Numbered from the stretch's first letter, positions 26,887-36,897 are shown. The stretch is 64,000 nt of DNA from Gemmatimonadota bacterium (GCA_039586795.1 JBDHJS010000013.1:18464-82463); one strand, 5' to 3'. Program-made: numbers and translations. The notes: generated by a model from the letters alone, not told the origin.

Positions 26887-28149
26887 CTACTCCTCGGGTT
26901 TCCCCTGACCCAGCTTGCTCAGAATATTTACGCCCGTCGCCGACTCAATCTGCTCCGTCAGCTTGATCACCGCCGAAGGCAACTGATTCGCCGCCGTCGC
27001 GACGCCCGTTCCTTCTCCCGAATCGATGATCGTCAGGCGGTCGACGTCGATGCCGTCCACCGTCTTCGCGATCTCGCGAATGATCTCGGGCAGCATATTG
27101 AGGATGAAGATGCGCTCCGCATCGCCGCCGGCGTTCAGGTAGAGCTTGATCATCTCCTCGAGCACGTAGAGCCGGGCGCGACCGTCCTCGACGATCGTCG
27201 CCGCCACACCCTTGGCCAGCTGCTCGGCCGCCTCGCGCTCGGCGCGGGCGGGCAGCAAAACGTCGGCTTCCAGGCGCCGTTGCTCGAGGGAGATGCGCTC
27301 CTGCTGCAGATCCTGCTCGGCGACGACCTTGGACTTCTCACCGGTGACCGGCGCCGCCAGTTCCTTGGCCAGCGCGTCGGCCTCCAGCTCGGCCGTGCGG
27401 ATGCGCAGCTCGTTGTTCTTTTCGACGATGGCCAGGTCCGCAGAGATCTTGGCGACTTCGGCGGCCCGACGCGCCGCCGCCTCGGTCTGCTCGGCCTCGG
27501 AGCTGCGCTCGGCCTCGGCGACCCTGGCCTTCTTGATGATGTCGGCAGTGCGCTGCCGGCCGATGGAATCCAGGTAGTTCACCTCGTCGGTGACGTTCTG
27601 GATCTTCATCGTATCGAGCTCGAGGCCCAGCTTCTGCATGTCCTCGTCCGCCTCTTCGATCAACGTTTGGGCGAACTTGAGCCGATCCTCGTTCACTTCC
27701 TCGGGCGTCAGCGTCGCGACTATGCCGCGCAGGTTACCCTCGAGGGTGTCCTTGGCGATCTGCATGATCTCCTCGAACGGCTTGTCGAGCATGCGCTCGA
27801 CCGCGTTGTGAGCTACGGGGTCGCGAGCGCTGACCTTTACGTTGGCGATGCCCGCGACGATCAACGGGATCCCGCCCTTGGAGTACGCGTTGTGTACGGT
27901 CACCTCGATGGGCAGCGTCGTCAGGTCGAGGCGCGCCACGCGCTCGACGATGGGCACGCGCAGCGTGCGTCCGCCATGCAGCAACCGGTATCCGGCGCGA
28001 CGACCGTCGGCCGTCAGTCGCTTGCGACCTGTTATGACCACCATCTCGTTGGGCTGGCAGATCACGATCAGCGACTTGACCGTATAGACAAGCGCAACCA
28101 GGACTCCGAGCCCAACCGACCCCAGTATTAATGCCGTGTCCGGATTCAT
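26887..28149 (-). CDS. Flotillin / SPFH domain protein
   Basis: N-terminal TM, LEGNLRGIVATLTPEEVNEDR, AEA-rich coiled coil. Confidence 0.9.
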   Translation of the reverse strand: MNPDTALILGSVGLGVLVALVYTVKSLIVICQPNEMVVITGRKRLTADGRRAGYRLLHGGRTLRVPIVERVARLDLTTLPIEVTVHNAYSKGGIPLIVAGIANVKVSARDPVAHNAVERMLDKPFEEIMQIAKDTLEGNLRGIVATLTPEEVNEDRLKFAQTLIEEADEDMQKLGLELDTMKIQNVTDEVNYLDSIGRQRTADIIKKARVAEAERSSEAEQTEAAARRAAEVAKISADLAIVEKNNELRIRTAELEADALAKELAAPVTGEKSKVVAEQDLQQERISLEQRRLEADVLLPARAEREAAEQLAKGVAATIVEDGRARLYVLEEMIKLYLNAGGDAERIFILNMLPEIIREIAKTVDGIDVDRLTIIDSGEGTGVATAANQLPSAVIKLTEQIESATGVNILSKLGQGKPEE

Positions 28150-28158
28150 CGTGTTACC

Positions 28159-28848
28159 TCACCTTTCTGCGGGCGGAAGCTCCGGTGTATCGAACGGAAT
28201 CACCTCCGCTACTCCGTTTTCGATGCGCAGGACGACGACCTCGCTCCCGGGATTCAGCGTTCGCGTTACTTCCGGCGCCAGCCGAGCGGTGCAGTACTGC
28301 TCCCGGTCGCCGATCAGACAGCTGATGCGTCCCGGCTGCCCAGGCGCCAGCGCGAGAACCACCGTCGCCGGTCGGCCCTCGATGTCGCGCTCGCTTACCG
28401 CGTCGAGCCCAACCTCGCTGCGCCGGATCCAGAGGAAGACGGCGTGGGTCAACAGCCCCGCTCCACCACCCATCGCCAACGCGAACGCGAAGGTCGAGCC
28501 TTCCGGGTTGCCGGACAGCGTCAGGAGAGTGCCTGTTAGACCGAACCCGGCGAGGAAGAAGATGATGTTGCGCGGCTTGAACAGCCCGAGCACCAGCTCG
28601 CCGGCGCCGGCGTGACCCACATCGACATCGTGGTCCACGTGCACATGCACATCGACATCCGCACCGGCGACATCAACGCCCGACACATCCACGTCGACGC
28701 CGGCAACGTCCACATCCATGCCGGACACATCAGTGTCCAGGCCGCCGGACATATCGACATCGCTCGCGTCATGGTGCGCGCCGCTCAGCACGGAGAAGAG
28801 AAGCAGCCCACCGCCCATAACAGCGGCAAGGATATAGACTCCTAGCAT
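28159..28848 (-). CDS. NfeD-like / YqiJ-type membrane protein (flotillin partner) with an Asp/Val/His low-complexity loop
   Basis: TM helices, FLAGFGLTG, C-terminal OB-fold pattern; co-oriented directly upstream of flotillin. Confidence 0.8.
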   Translation of the reverse strand: MLGVYILAAVMGGGLLLFSVLSGAHHDASDVDMSGGLDTDVSGMDVDVAGVDVDVSGVDVAGADVDVHVHVDHDVDVGHAGAGELVLGLFKPRNIIFFLAGFGLTGTLLTLSGNPEGSTFAFALAMGGGAGLLTHAVFLWIRRSEVGLDAVSERDIEGRPATVVLALAPGQPGRISCLIGDREQYCTARLAPEVTRTLNPGSEVVVLRIENGVAEVIPFDTPELPPAER

Positions 28849-29188
28849 CGGCTTGCCTCCCGGATCGAACTCAGGTGGGGCTGTCTAAACCTGCCGGCGC
28901 CTGCGATGCAGCGCAACTCGCGTCCCGCACGTCGTTCGGAAGTAGAAACAGCCACCCCCTTCCTTACAGATACCCATCATATACGGCTCTTATTCGGGCT
29001 TGACCTATCGGCCGGAAGCGGCGGCAAAAACGCAGGCGGCAAAAATGCCCGATCGATACGAAATAATTACCGATTTCGGCGATTTTCCGGAGACTGACGT
29101 TTCCCTGTAACTACATGTTATATAACCATTTAACCTATATCGGCCACCCCGGAACAGACCTTGCTGATCTCTGGACCGGCGCGGTGGC

Positions 29189-29217
29189 TTGACAGTCCTG
29201 CCGCCTGGCGTTTAACT
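29189..29217 (+). promoter_or_regulatory. Sigma-70-type promoter of the M23 peptidase gene
   Basis: TTGACA-N17-TTAACT. Confidence 0.55.
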
Positions 29218-29358
29218 TGGCGCCTGCCCCTCCTCCATCGGAAAGGCCGTTTCCCCCCGTGGGCGCTAGCGTGCGTCTAGCCGGGCTAGGAAATGCACTT
29301 TTTGTTAACCGGTGGAGAGGGCGCCTCACACCGGGGGAACTAGAAACCAGAGCCGCGA

Positions 29359-30294
29359 ATGGAACGAGACCGCCTGACGTTCCTGGTGATCACCGACCCG
29401 GCACAGCCGGCGCACACGTTGCAGATTACGCATCGTATGCTCCAGTTTGTCATCGGGGGTGTCGCCGCATTACTCCTATTCATCTTCGTATCAGCTGGAG
29501 CGCTTGTTCTGAAGCTGGGCGACCTGCGTGAGGCGTCTACGCTGAAGCAAGAGAACCAGCTGTTGGTGACGGACGTACTGCGGATGCAGGAAACGGTTGA
29601 CCAACTGACCCAGTCGCTAGCGACGATCTCTGATCGGGATCGTCGCTTTCGTTTGCTAGCCGGCCTGCCGGAGATCGATCCGGAGGTCCGCCAGGTGGGT
29701 ATCGGCGGCCCGGGAACGCCTTCGGCCGAGAGCGAGCCGCTGCTGGAGATGGATAGCGAGCTGGGCGGCCAGGTTTACACAACGACGTCGGACCTCAACC
29801 GGTTGCTGCGGCAGTCCAACCTGCTGCAGGCGAGCCTGGTGGAGGCGGCGCGCGCGCTGGACGATCGTCGCGACGAGCTGACGCGAATCCCGTCGATCGA
29901 CCCGTCGAGCGGTTGGCTGAGTTCGACGTTCAGCCGCAGCCGCTGGCACCCGTTGCTCAACAAGCGGCGTCCGCACGAGGGGATCGATATCTCGGCGCCG
30001 CGGGGCACGCCGGTGGTCGCGACCGCTGACGGCATAGTAACCTACGCTGCGTGGCGACCCGGCTACGGCTACACGGTCGAGATCGATCACGGCAACGGGA
30101 TGCGAACACGTTACGCGCACAACCAGAAGGGACTGCGCGTGGATGTGGGCGACGAGGTCCGTCGCGGCGATACGATTGCGCTGGTGGGTAGCAGCGGCCA
30201 GGTGACCGGCCCGCACGTCCACTATGAAGTACTCTTGAACGGACAGGCCGTGAATCCGGTCAACTACCGACTAAGCGATGTGATTGTGGAGTAG
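29359..30294 (+). CDS. M23 family metalloendopeptidase (peptidoglycan DD-endopeptidase)
   Basis: TM and coiled coil, HEGIDI, TRYAH, TGPHVHYEV. Confidence 0.92.
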   Translation: MERDRLTFLVITDPAQPAHTLQITHRMLQFVIGGVAALLLFIFVSAGALVLKLGDLREASTLKQENQLLVTDVLRMQETVDQLTQSLATISDRDRRFRLLAGLPEIDPEVRQVGIGGPGTPSAESEPLLEMDSELGGQVYTTTSDLNRLLRQSNLLQASLVEAARALDDRRDELTRIPSIDPSSGWLSSTFSRSRWHPLLNKRRPHEGIDISAPRGTPVVATADGIVTYAAWRPGYGYTVEIDHGNGMRTRYAHNQKGLRVDVGDEVRRGDTIALVGSSGQVTGPHVHYEVLLNGQAVNPVNYRLSDVIVE

Positions 30295-30332
30295 GCAGAG
30301 CAGGACAGTAGAGAAGAGGGACAGTTTGAGGA

Positions 30333-30363
30333 AGAGCGGGCCGTTTTGGTCCGCTCTCTCTTT
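30333..30363 (+). terminator. Intrinsic terminator between convergent M23 and chdC genes
   Basis: AGAGCGGGCC-GTTTT-GGTCCGCTCT followed by CTCTTT. Confidence 0.6.
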
Positions 30364-30397
30364 ATGTAGTGGATCTATGTAGGGGGGCGATCCTTCT

Positions 30398-31474
30398 TCA
30401 ATGTTCACCTCCGACTAATACCTTCTCGCCCTCTACCTTCACGACATACGTCCTCACCGCCACCCGCACCGGCCCACCCATCGGCTCTCCAGTCCGCACA
30501 TCGAATTGTCCTCCATGCCAAGGACAGTTAAGCGTGCAACCATCGACCGATCCCTCACTCAGCGAGGCGCGCCCATGTGTGCAGCGGTCGCTCACGGCGT
30601 AGTAGGTGCCGTCGACGTTGAACAGCGCGATGGCGTCGGCACCGTTGTACACCCGCTTCGACGAGCCCGGCGCAATCTCGCCCACCTTCGCCGCCACCAC
30701 AAAGCCTTCCTCGTCGCGCTCCGTCACCCGAGCCTGCTCGGAAACCGAGGCGCCGCCCAGCGAATCGAGTACGTCCCACAACGACATCTGGATGCAAGTG
30801 AAGATCGGCGTATCGCGCAGCGTGTAGGTTGACGCTTTGCTCTCTCGCAGGTCCATCACCAGGTCGAGGAAGGCGCCGGCATCGTCGCCCTCGAACCCAA
30901 CCATAAACTCCTGGTCGTCCAGCCCGAACGAGTACGCCGTGTTGATGCGTATGTCCGGATACTTGCGGCCCACCACAACGTGCTGCGTCATCAGCTCTTG
31001 ACGCTCGGCGTGCGGCAAGCTGTACCAGGCCCGCGTCTTCACGAACGGGTAGAGAAACAGATACTTCGAGTCCTGCGGCGCCACCGTGATGCTCTCTTGC
31101 TGGTCCAGCTCGGCGGGAAACTCGTACACCGAACGCTTGGTCATCGCCAGATAGCTGTACGGCGTCGTCAGGTAGGCGCCCAGGCGGGTGGAGAAGATGG
31201 CCGTCTCCAACGCCTGCAGCGTCTCCAGATCTTCCGCCGCCTGCCAGATCATCATGTCGCAGTCGCCCCGCGTGCCGACCGTGCTGTAGGAACGGAGGAG
31301 CGACCGGGCCTGGAATCCGCGGATCGTGTCCGCAAGCTCCACCTTGTGGTCGATCTGCTTGTCGGCGGATAGCCGGCGCCAGGTGGAATCGAGCTTGAAG
31401 AACAGGTAGCGGACGAGCTGCCGGGCTTCGCCTTGTTGGGTCATTCGGGGACCTCTGTCGTTGGTTTGGGCCAT
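30398..31474 (-). CDS. Chlorite-dismutase-fold protein (ChdC/HemQ-like) fused to a C-terminal Rieske [2Fe-2S] ferredoxin
   Basis: YPFVKTRAWY, proximal His in QHVVVG, YSFGLDDQEF; Rieske motifs CTH and CPWH. Confidence 0.85.
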   Translation of the reverse strand: MAQTNDRGPRMTQQGEARQLVRYLFFKLDSTWRRLSADKQIDHKVELADTIRGFQARSLLRSYSTVGTRGDCDMMIWQAAEDLETLQALETAIFSTRLGAYLTTPYSYLAMTKRSVYEFPAELDQQESITVAPQDSKYLFLYPFVKTRAWYSLPHAERQELMTQHVVVGRKYPDIRINTAYSFGLDDQEFMVGFEGDDAGAFLDLVMDLRESKASTYTLRDTPIFTCIQMSLWDVLDSLGGASVSEQARVTERDEEGFVVAAKVGEIAPGSSKRVYNGADAIALFNVDGTYYAVSDRCTHGRASLSEGSVDGCTLNCPWHGGQFDVRTGEPMGGPVRVAVRTYVVKVEGEKVLVGGEH

Positions 31475-31520
31475 GAAAAGCCCGAATTCTAATCGAGATC
31501 GCGCAACCGCGGAAGGTCAG

Positions 31521-31603
31521 CCTGAGCATTGAGCGTTGAGGATTAATTGATGAGGATTGCCATGAAACTCTCAACACCTAACGCTCAACCCTCAATCATC
31601 AGG
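31521..31603. repeat. Heptamer-built palindrome C between divergent genes
   Basis: CCTGAGCATTGAGCGTTGAGGATTA... pairs with CAACACC TAACGCT CAACCCT CAATCAT CAGG. Confidence 0.7.
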
Positions 31604-31732
31604 TTCCGGTTCTTGGAATGCTCTGGTGGCACGGGAGGTTCCCCGAGGCGCTGAAACCCCGCTCAGGGAACGCACGTAGTGGAGGATGACTTTCACAGCG
31701 GGCAGGCTATTTACTTACAACGGGGCAGAACA

Positions 31733-31969
31733 GTGGGTAGACTCTTAGTCAACGGCATCACTCTTTACCAGGGTCTGATCATCCTCCGGGCCATCCTCTC
31801 CTGGGTCGCCGGCCCGAACACCGAGAACCGGCTAGTCGAGATACTTCACCAGTTGACGGACCCGGTGCTCAAGCCGGTACGTGAGATGCTTCCCGCTTCC
31901 AGCGGGATCGATTTCTCGCCGCTGGTCGTGCTGATCGGCCTGGAATTGGTAAAGAGGATCTTACTCTGA
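31733..31969 (+). CDS. YggT family membrane protein
   Basis: IILRAILSWV, LTDPVLKPVR, GIDFSPLV. Confidence 0.88.
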   Translation: MGRLLVNGITLYQGLIILRAILSWVAGPNTENRLVEILHQLTDPVLKPVREMLPASSGIDFSPLVVLIGLELVKRILL

Positions 31970-32560
31970 ACCCGAGCTGTCGGCCGGGGGCGGATACGTC
32001 CATTCCCACGGCTCGAACGTCTCGAGGGGAACCGCGCCGATGACCTTGGCCGTCACCAGCTGAGGGAACTCGGCAATGAACTCATTGAAGCGGGCCGCGG
32101 CTTCGTTGTACATGCGGCCCGCTTCGATTATCGCCTGCTCCGTGTCCCGCAGTTGGGACCTGAGCAGCTGATAACCCTGGTCGCTCTCCAGCTGGCTGTA
32201 ACGGCCCACCGCCGCCAACAGCTCGTCCAGCGCCTGCGACAGCCGGGCGCTCCATTCCTCCATATCGCCCAGATCGCCGGCCCGCACCGCGCTGACCAGG
32301 CTGGCCCGGGCGTCGGCGACCGCCGTCACCGACTCGTCGCCCACCGACCCGTAGGCCTGGAGCGCCGCCAGCAGGTTGGGTACGAGCTCCGCCCGGCGCC
32401 GTAGTTGGACCTCGATCTCCGACCGGGCCCGGATCGCCGACTCGTCCAGCTCGTGGATCTGCCCATAGCCGCAGCCCGCCAGCAGTGCTGGCAAAGCGAA
32501 TACCGCCACGGCGAGCCGCCGCGGCTTGCGGCCTACGAGTTTGTAGCTTATAGCACCCAT
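31961..32560 (-). CDS. LemA family protein
   Basis: GCGY, EVQLRRRAELVPNL, YNEAAARFN, FPQLVTAK. Confidence 0.85.
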   Translation of the reverse strand: MGAISYKLVGRKPRRLAVAVFALPALLAGCGYGQIHELDESAIRARSEIEVQLRRRAELVPNLLAALQAYGSVGDESVTAVADARASLVSAVRAGDLGDMEEWSARLSQALDELLAAVGRYSQLESDQGYQLLRSQLRDTEQAIIEAGRMYNEAAARFNEFIAEFPQLVTAKVIGAVPLETFEPWEWTYPPPADSSGSE

Positions 32561-32710
32561 TCCATCAAGAAGCGCCGGCTGCCTGGAGGGTATCCGCCCG
32601 TCCCACAGCGGGCGAAATGGGTCCGGCCTGTGCGGCGCTTGATAACTCGCGAAATCGTTCCTAGCTTTTTGACGATTCAGCGGGTCAGAACTTTAATTCG
32701 GGAGAGCTCA

Positions 32711-33463
32711 ATGAACAAGCATTGGGTCATGTGTCTTGCCGCCCTGGTGGGGCTGTCGGCATGCCAGAGATCCACCCAACTCGCGGTACGTGCCGTCGCA
32801 GAGTCGGGCGACGAGGAGGTTGCCCGGCAGCAGGAGATCATCCGGCTCCTGCCCTTCGACCGGGATTCGCTATTCACGGCCCTAGCGGCGCTGGCGACGG
32901 AATCGGAGCCGGAGCCGCCCGAGTACCTGGTGGCGCTGCGCGACTCGGTCTCGGCGGCGCGGCAGTTGTGGACGGACTCGGAAGCGGCTTGGAATGACAT
33001 GCGTTCCGAGATGCAGACGCTCTCGGAACAAATGAACGAGATGAACCGGGCGAGCCGTGAGTACGCCAACGCGTATCGCCGCTTCGACGAGTTGGACCGC
33101 CAGATTGGGCGGCTCGAACGGGCGAAAGACAACTTCTTCGACACGTTCACGGGCCTCCAGGACGCGTACCGGACAAGCGCCGATTCGTTCAACGCAGTGC
33201 TCGAGGCGTGGGGTGACCGTGCATTCGAGCGTTACGGCGAGATAGTCGACAGCATCATCGAGGTGCGCGGCGAAGAGATGGAGGACACGACGGACGCCGG
33301 CGGCTGGGCCTACTTCACAGTGCCGAGAGGTACGTGGTGGGTGTATACGCGGACCACGCTGGTATTCGAGGAGCTCTACTGGAACTACGCGTATGAGTCG
33401 GAAGGCGGCGTGGACACGCTCGTCCTGCGCGCTTCCAACGCTGAAGTCCGCCCGGTCTTCTAG
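32711..33463 (+). CDS. Hypothetical lipoprotein with a helical hairpin and a beta domain
   Basis: GGAGAG RBS; lipobox LSAC; coiled coil; TDAGGWAYF..GTWWVY. Confidence 0.7.
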   Translation: MNKHWVMCLAALVGLSACQRSTQLAVRAVAESGDEEVARQQEIIRLLPFDRDSLFTALAALATESEPEPPEYLVALRDSVSAARQLWTDSEAAWNDMRSEMQTLSEQMNEMNRASREYANAYRRFDELDRQIGRLERAKDNFFDTFTGLQDAYRTSADSFNAVLEAWGDRAFERYGEIVDSIIEVRGEEMEDTTDAGGWAYFTVPRGTWWVYTRTTLVFEELYWNYAYESEGGVDTLVLRASNAEVRPVF

Positions 33464-33533
33464 TCGCGGGCAGTGAGAAAGCGGGGCGGCGCTCTCAAGC
33501 GGAGCGCCGCCTCGCTCATTAAAGGAGGTCGCC

Positions 33534-35654
33534 ATGAACCCTTCAGCACCCGACCTCCGACTGGATATTCACGACGGCCTCGCCACTCTCACATTCGATC
33601 GTCCCGACTCCAAGGTCAATCTGCTGACCCGTAGCGCGATGCTGCGGCTAGAAGAGCTGCTGGGCTCTATCGAGGAAGCCGCCGCGTCCGGAACCGCGCG
33701 TGCCCTGCTCGTACGCAGCGGAAAGCCGAACACGTTTATCGCAGGTGCCGACATCGATGAGCTGGGCGCGATCAAGACCGCCGAGCAGGCGATCGAGATG
33801 GCCCGGCGCGGTGACGACATCTTCAACCGACTCGAGGGCCTCCCGATACCGACGCTGACAGCGATAGACGGCGCCTGCGCCGGCGGCGGCACCGAGCTTA
33901 TTCTGTCGTGCGATCATCGCATCGCCAGCGACTCCAGCAAAACCAAGATCGGTCTCCCCGAGACGCGACTCGGTATTATGCCGGGGCTAGGGGGCACCGT
34001 ACGCCTCCCGCGTCTGGTCGGTCTACAGGCTGCCCTCGACATGATCCTATCGGCGAGGTTTGTTAGCGCCGAGCATGCGCTGCGGATTGGGCTCGTCGAC
34101 AAGGTCATTCCAGTTGCAGAGTTCGAGGATCAGACGGCGGAGATCGCGGCGGCGCTGGCCCGCGGCGATTCCCCACTACGCCGCCGACGCCCATCCCTGT
34201 TGCGCCGCTTCATCGACGGGCCCATCGGTCGACCGCTGGTCAAACGGATGACACGCAAAGCCGTCCTCAAGCGCACGCGCGGACACTACCCGGCGATACC
34301 GGCGGCGCTCGATGCAGTCGTCGACGGCCTGGCGATGACGGCGGAAGTGGCGCTGGAGAGAGAAGCGGTGACGTTCGGTCAGCTGACGGTGACGCCCGAA
34401 TGCAAGAGCCTGATCTTCGTCTATCGGATCACCGAGGCCGCTCGCAAGATCGCGCCGCAAGGCAAGGCACGGGAGGTGAAGCGGGCGGCGGTCGTCGGCG
34501 CCGGGGTGATGGGCGCCGGGATCGCCGAACTGTTCGCCTACCAGACGATACCGGTGCGCGTCGTCGACATCGACGAAGAACGCGTAACAGCCGGCATCGC
34601 AAGAGCGAGGGAGTTGCTCGAGAAGGCCAGAAAGAAGTCCCGGTGGACGGATGACGAGTTGAAGTCGCGGATCGATTGCCTGGAAGGCGCTATCGAGTTC
34701 GACGGCTTCGAAACAACAGACGCGGTCGTCGAGGCCGTTCTCGAGCGTATGGAAGTCAAGCGTGACTTGTTCGCAAAGCTCGAAGAACGCGTCACGCCCA
34801 CAGCGCTTCTCGCCACGAACACGTCGGCGCTTTCCATCTCGCGGTTGCAGGAAGGTATGTCCCAGCCCGGTCGGGTCTGCGGCCTCCACTTCTTCAACCC
34901 GCCGTACCGGATGCCGCTGGTCGAGATCGTGCGCGGATCGAAGACAACCAACGATGCGCTGGCGACAGCGTTTCAGTTGGCCACGCGCCTGGGCAAGACG
35001 CCGGTGATCGTGAGGGACGCTCCCGGTTTTGTCGTCAACCGCACCCTGGCCGCCTACCTGACCGAGGCCGGGTTCCTGCTCCAGGAGGGGGTGCCGGTGA
35101 AACGTCTGGACCGGATCATGACGCGATTCGGGATGCCGGTGGGCCCGCTACGCCTGCTGGACGAGATCGGCCTCGATGTCGTTTCCGAGGTGAGCCGTAC
35201 GATGCGGGAGGGTTTCGGCGATCGCTTCGCCACGGCGCCGATCATGGAAGACGTGCTGGCTACCGGGCTGACGGGGCGAAAGAGCGGCGAAGGCTTCTAC
35301 GTCTACAAGAACGGAAAGGCGCGGGGTGTCAGCGCCGGGATCGAGGAGATCTGCCGCGCGGTGGCCGGCGATGATCCGCCTGACGAACGGGAAGCGGAGG
35401 AGCGCATGGTGTTCGCCATGATCAACGAGGCGGCCCGCATCCTGGACGGCGGCATCGTCGACTCTCCGGAGTCGCTGGATGTCGCCATGATCATGGGCAC
35501 CGGCTTTCCGCCGTTCCGCGGCGGCCTCCTCCGCTACGCCGACGCCGTGGGGCTTTCGACGGTGTTCGAGCGCCTCCGCACCTTCGCCGCCACGGCCGAA
35601 CGACTCGAGCCCGCCCGCGCCCTGCTGGCGCGTCAGGCATTCTACGTCGCCTAG
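33534..35654 (+). CDS. fadJ: Fatty acid oxidation complex alpha subunit (enoyl-CoA hydratase / 3-hydroxyacyl-CoA dehydrogenase), FadJ-like
   Basis: FIAGADI, GLPETRLG, GAGVMGAGIA, ATNTS, HFFNP, PGFVVNR. Confidence 0.85.
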   Translation: MNPSAPDLRLDIHDGLATLTFDRPDSKVNLLTRSAMLRLEELLGSIEEAAASGTARALLVRSGKPNTFIAGADIDELGAIKTAEQAIEMARRGDDIFNRLEGLPIPTLTAIDGACAGGGTELILSCDHRIASDSSKTKIGLPETRLGIMPGLGGTVRLPRLVGLQAALDMILSARFVSAEHALRIGLVDKVIPVAEFEDQTAEIAAALARGDSPLRRRRPSLLRRFIDGPIGRPLVKRMTRKAVLKRTRGHYPAIPAALDAVVDGLAMTAEVALEREAVTFGQLTVTPECKSLIFVYRITEAARKIAPQGKAREVKRAAVVGAGVMGAGIAELFAYQTIPVRVVDIDEERVTAGIARARELLEKARKKSRWTDDELKSRIDCLEGAIEFDGFETTDAVVEAVLERMEVKRDLFAKLEERVTPTALLATNTSALSISRLQEGMSQPGRVCGLHFFNPPYRMPLVEIVRGSKTTNDALATAFQLATRLGKTPVIVRDAPGFVVNRTLAAYLTEAGFLLQEGVPVKRLDRIMTRFGMPVGPLRLLDEIGLDVVSEVSRTMREGFGDRFATAPIMEDVLATGLTGRKSGEGFYVYKNGKARGVSAGIEEICRAVAGDDPPDEREAEERMVFAMINEAARILDGGIVDSPESLDVAMIMGTGFPPFRGGLLRYADAVGLSTVFERLRTFAATAERLEPARALLARQAFYVA

Positions 35655-35657
35655 CCG

Positions 35658-36185
35658 ATGCGCAAGATCGAGCTCCACTATCGCCGGCCGCCCGACCGAC
35701 TCGATATCTTCGTACAGGAACTGGTCGTCGACCGCCCCGACGTGAAGATCACGTTGCATGAAAACACGCCGCTCAGCGAGCCGCTCTACGTCGGCCGGAC
35801 GCGAATCTACGAGCCGGGCGCGCCCCTCGTCTGGTTCGTCTTCCCCCATGCCTGGCACGATGTCGGCCGCTTCCACCTGAGAGACGGCACGTTTACCGGC
35901 TACTACATCAACCTGATCACGCCCGTCACCATCGAGGACGATGTCTGGTCCATGTTCGATCTTTGCCTCGACATATGGGTCAATCCCGACGGCACCCACC
36001 AGATACTGGATCGCGATGAGTTTGATGAAGCGGTCGATCGCCGTTGGATAGACCGCGGAACGGCATCTAGGGCACGCTCAGAACTCGATGCCGTGATCGG
36101 TGAGCTCGTCACGGGACGCTGGCCGCGGGGTGAGGTGGCGGAGTTCGATTTGGGTCGGGTGAGGACTTTGGCTTTGGGTGGGTAA
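35658..36185 (+). CDS. DUF402 domain protein
   Basis: YYINLITP, DLCLDIWV, ILDRDEF. Confidence 0.8.
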   Translation: MRKIELHYRRPPDRLDIFVQELVVDRPDVKITLHENTPLSEPLYVGRTRIYEPGAPLVWFVFPHAWHDVGRFHLRDGTFTGYYINLITPVTIEDDVWSMFDLCLDIWVNPDGTHQILDRDEFDEAVDRRWIDRGTASRARSELDAVIGELVTGRWPRGEVAEFDLGRVRTLALGG

Positions 36186-36189
36186 CTGC

Positions 36190-36250
36190 ACTATTTCGAC
36201 AGCCGACAACGACTCGACGCGCGCAGGAAGTCGAAGATAGAACGTCGAAA
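36190..36250. repeat. Degenerate short heptamer palindrome G (CGACAGC type)
   Basis: TTTCGAC...GTCGAAA; ACTATTTCGACAGC is the exact reverse complement of 43871-43884 in element E. Confidence 0.55.
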
Positions 36251-36294
36251 GATCAGTCCCTTGCGCGGCACACATTTCCTAGCTAAACGAACAT

Positions 36295-36897
36295 ATGTTC
36301 CTGCGCACACTCATACTAACCGCACTAGTCACAACGCCGGCAACAGCCCAGGACTACCGAACCCTGGGCCCGCCAGACGCCCGCGTAGAGCTGACGGTGT
36401 ACTCGGATTTCGAGTGCCCCTACTGCCGCAACTTCGCGCTGGCCGCCCAGCCGGCAATCATCGCCGAATTCGTCCATACCGGTCGCATCCGCATTCGCTT
36501 CGTCCACTTCCCGCTCGCCGCGATTCATCGCAACTCAGTCACGGCGGCAAAGGCGGCGCATTGCGCCGGTCAGGCCGGCCGATTCTGGTCGTACCATGAC
36601 TACATCTTCGTTCGGCAGCCCGAGTGGTCGGGTGAAGATCTGGCGCCGCCGGAGCTCTGGGTCCGTTTCGCCGACAACCTGGGGATCGATACCGGGCCGT
36701 TCAGAGAATGCCTGGCAGCGCCCGAAACGCATGCCGCCGTGGAAGAGGATCTACGACAGGCGCTGGGCGCCGGTGCCACCGGCACGCCGACGGTGGTGAT
36801 CAACGGTGAAGCGGTAGCGGGAATCTCGTCGTATGAGAGTTTGAGGCACGAGATACTGGATGCCATCGAACGGGCCGGCGGAGGAGACGACCGGTGA
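36295..36897 (+). CDS. DsbA family thioredoxin-fold protein
   Basis: SDFECPYC, HFPL, GTPT; signal peptide. Confidence 0.9.
   Translation: MFLRTLILTALVTTPATAQDYRTLGPPDARVELTVYSDFECPYCRNFALAAQPAIIAEFVHTGRIRIRFVHFPLAAIHRNSVTAAKAAHCAGQAGRFWSYHDYIFVRQPEWSGEDLAPPELWVRFADNLGIDTGPFRECLAAPETHAAVEEDLRQALGAGATGTPTVVINGEAVAGISSYESLRHEILDAIERAGGGDDR

Noticed and set aside
29220..29358. c-di-AMP (ydaO) riboswitch upstream of the M23 gene
   Set aside because: Only a CCGGGGGAAC fragment resembles it; the other conserved blocks were not found.
30398..31474. True chlorite dismutase
   Set aside because: The catalytic distal Arg position aligns to Ile; ChdC/HemQ-like is more plausible.
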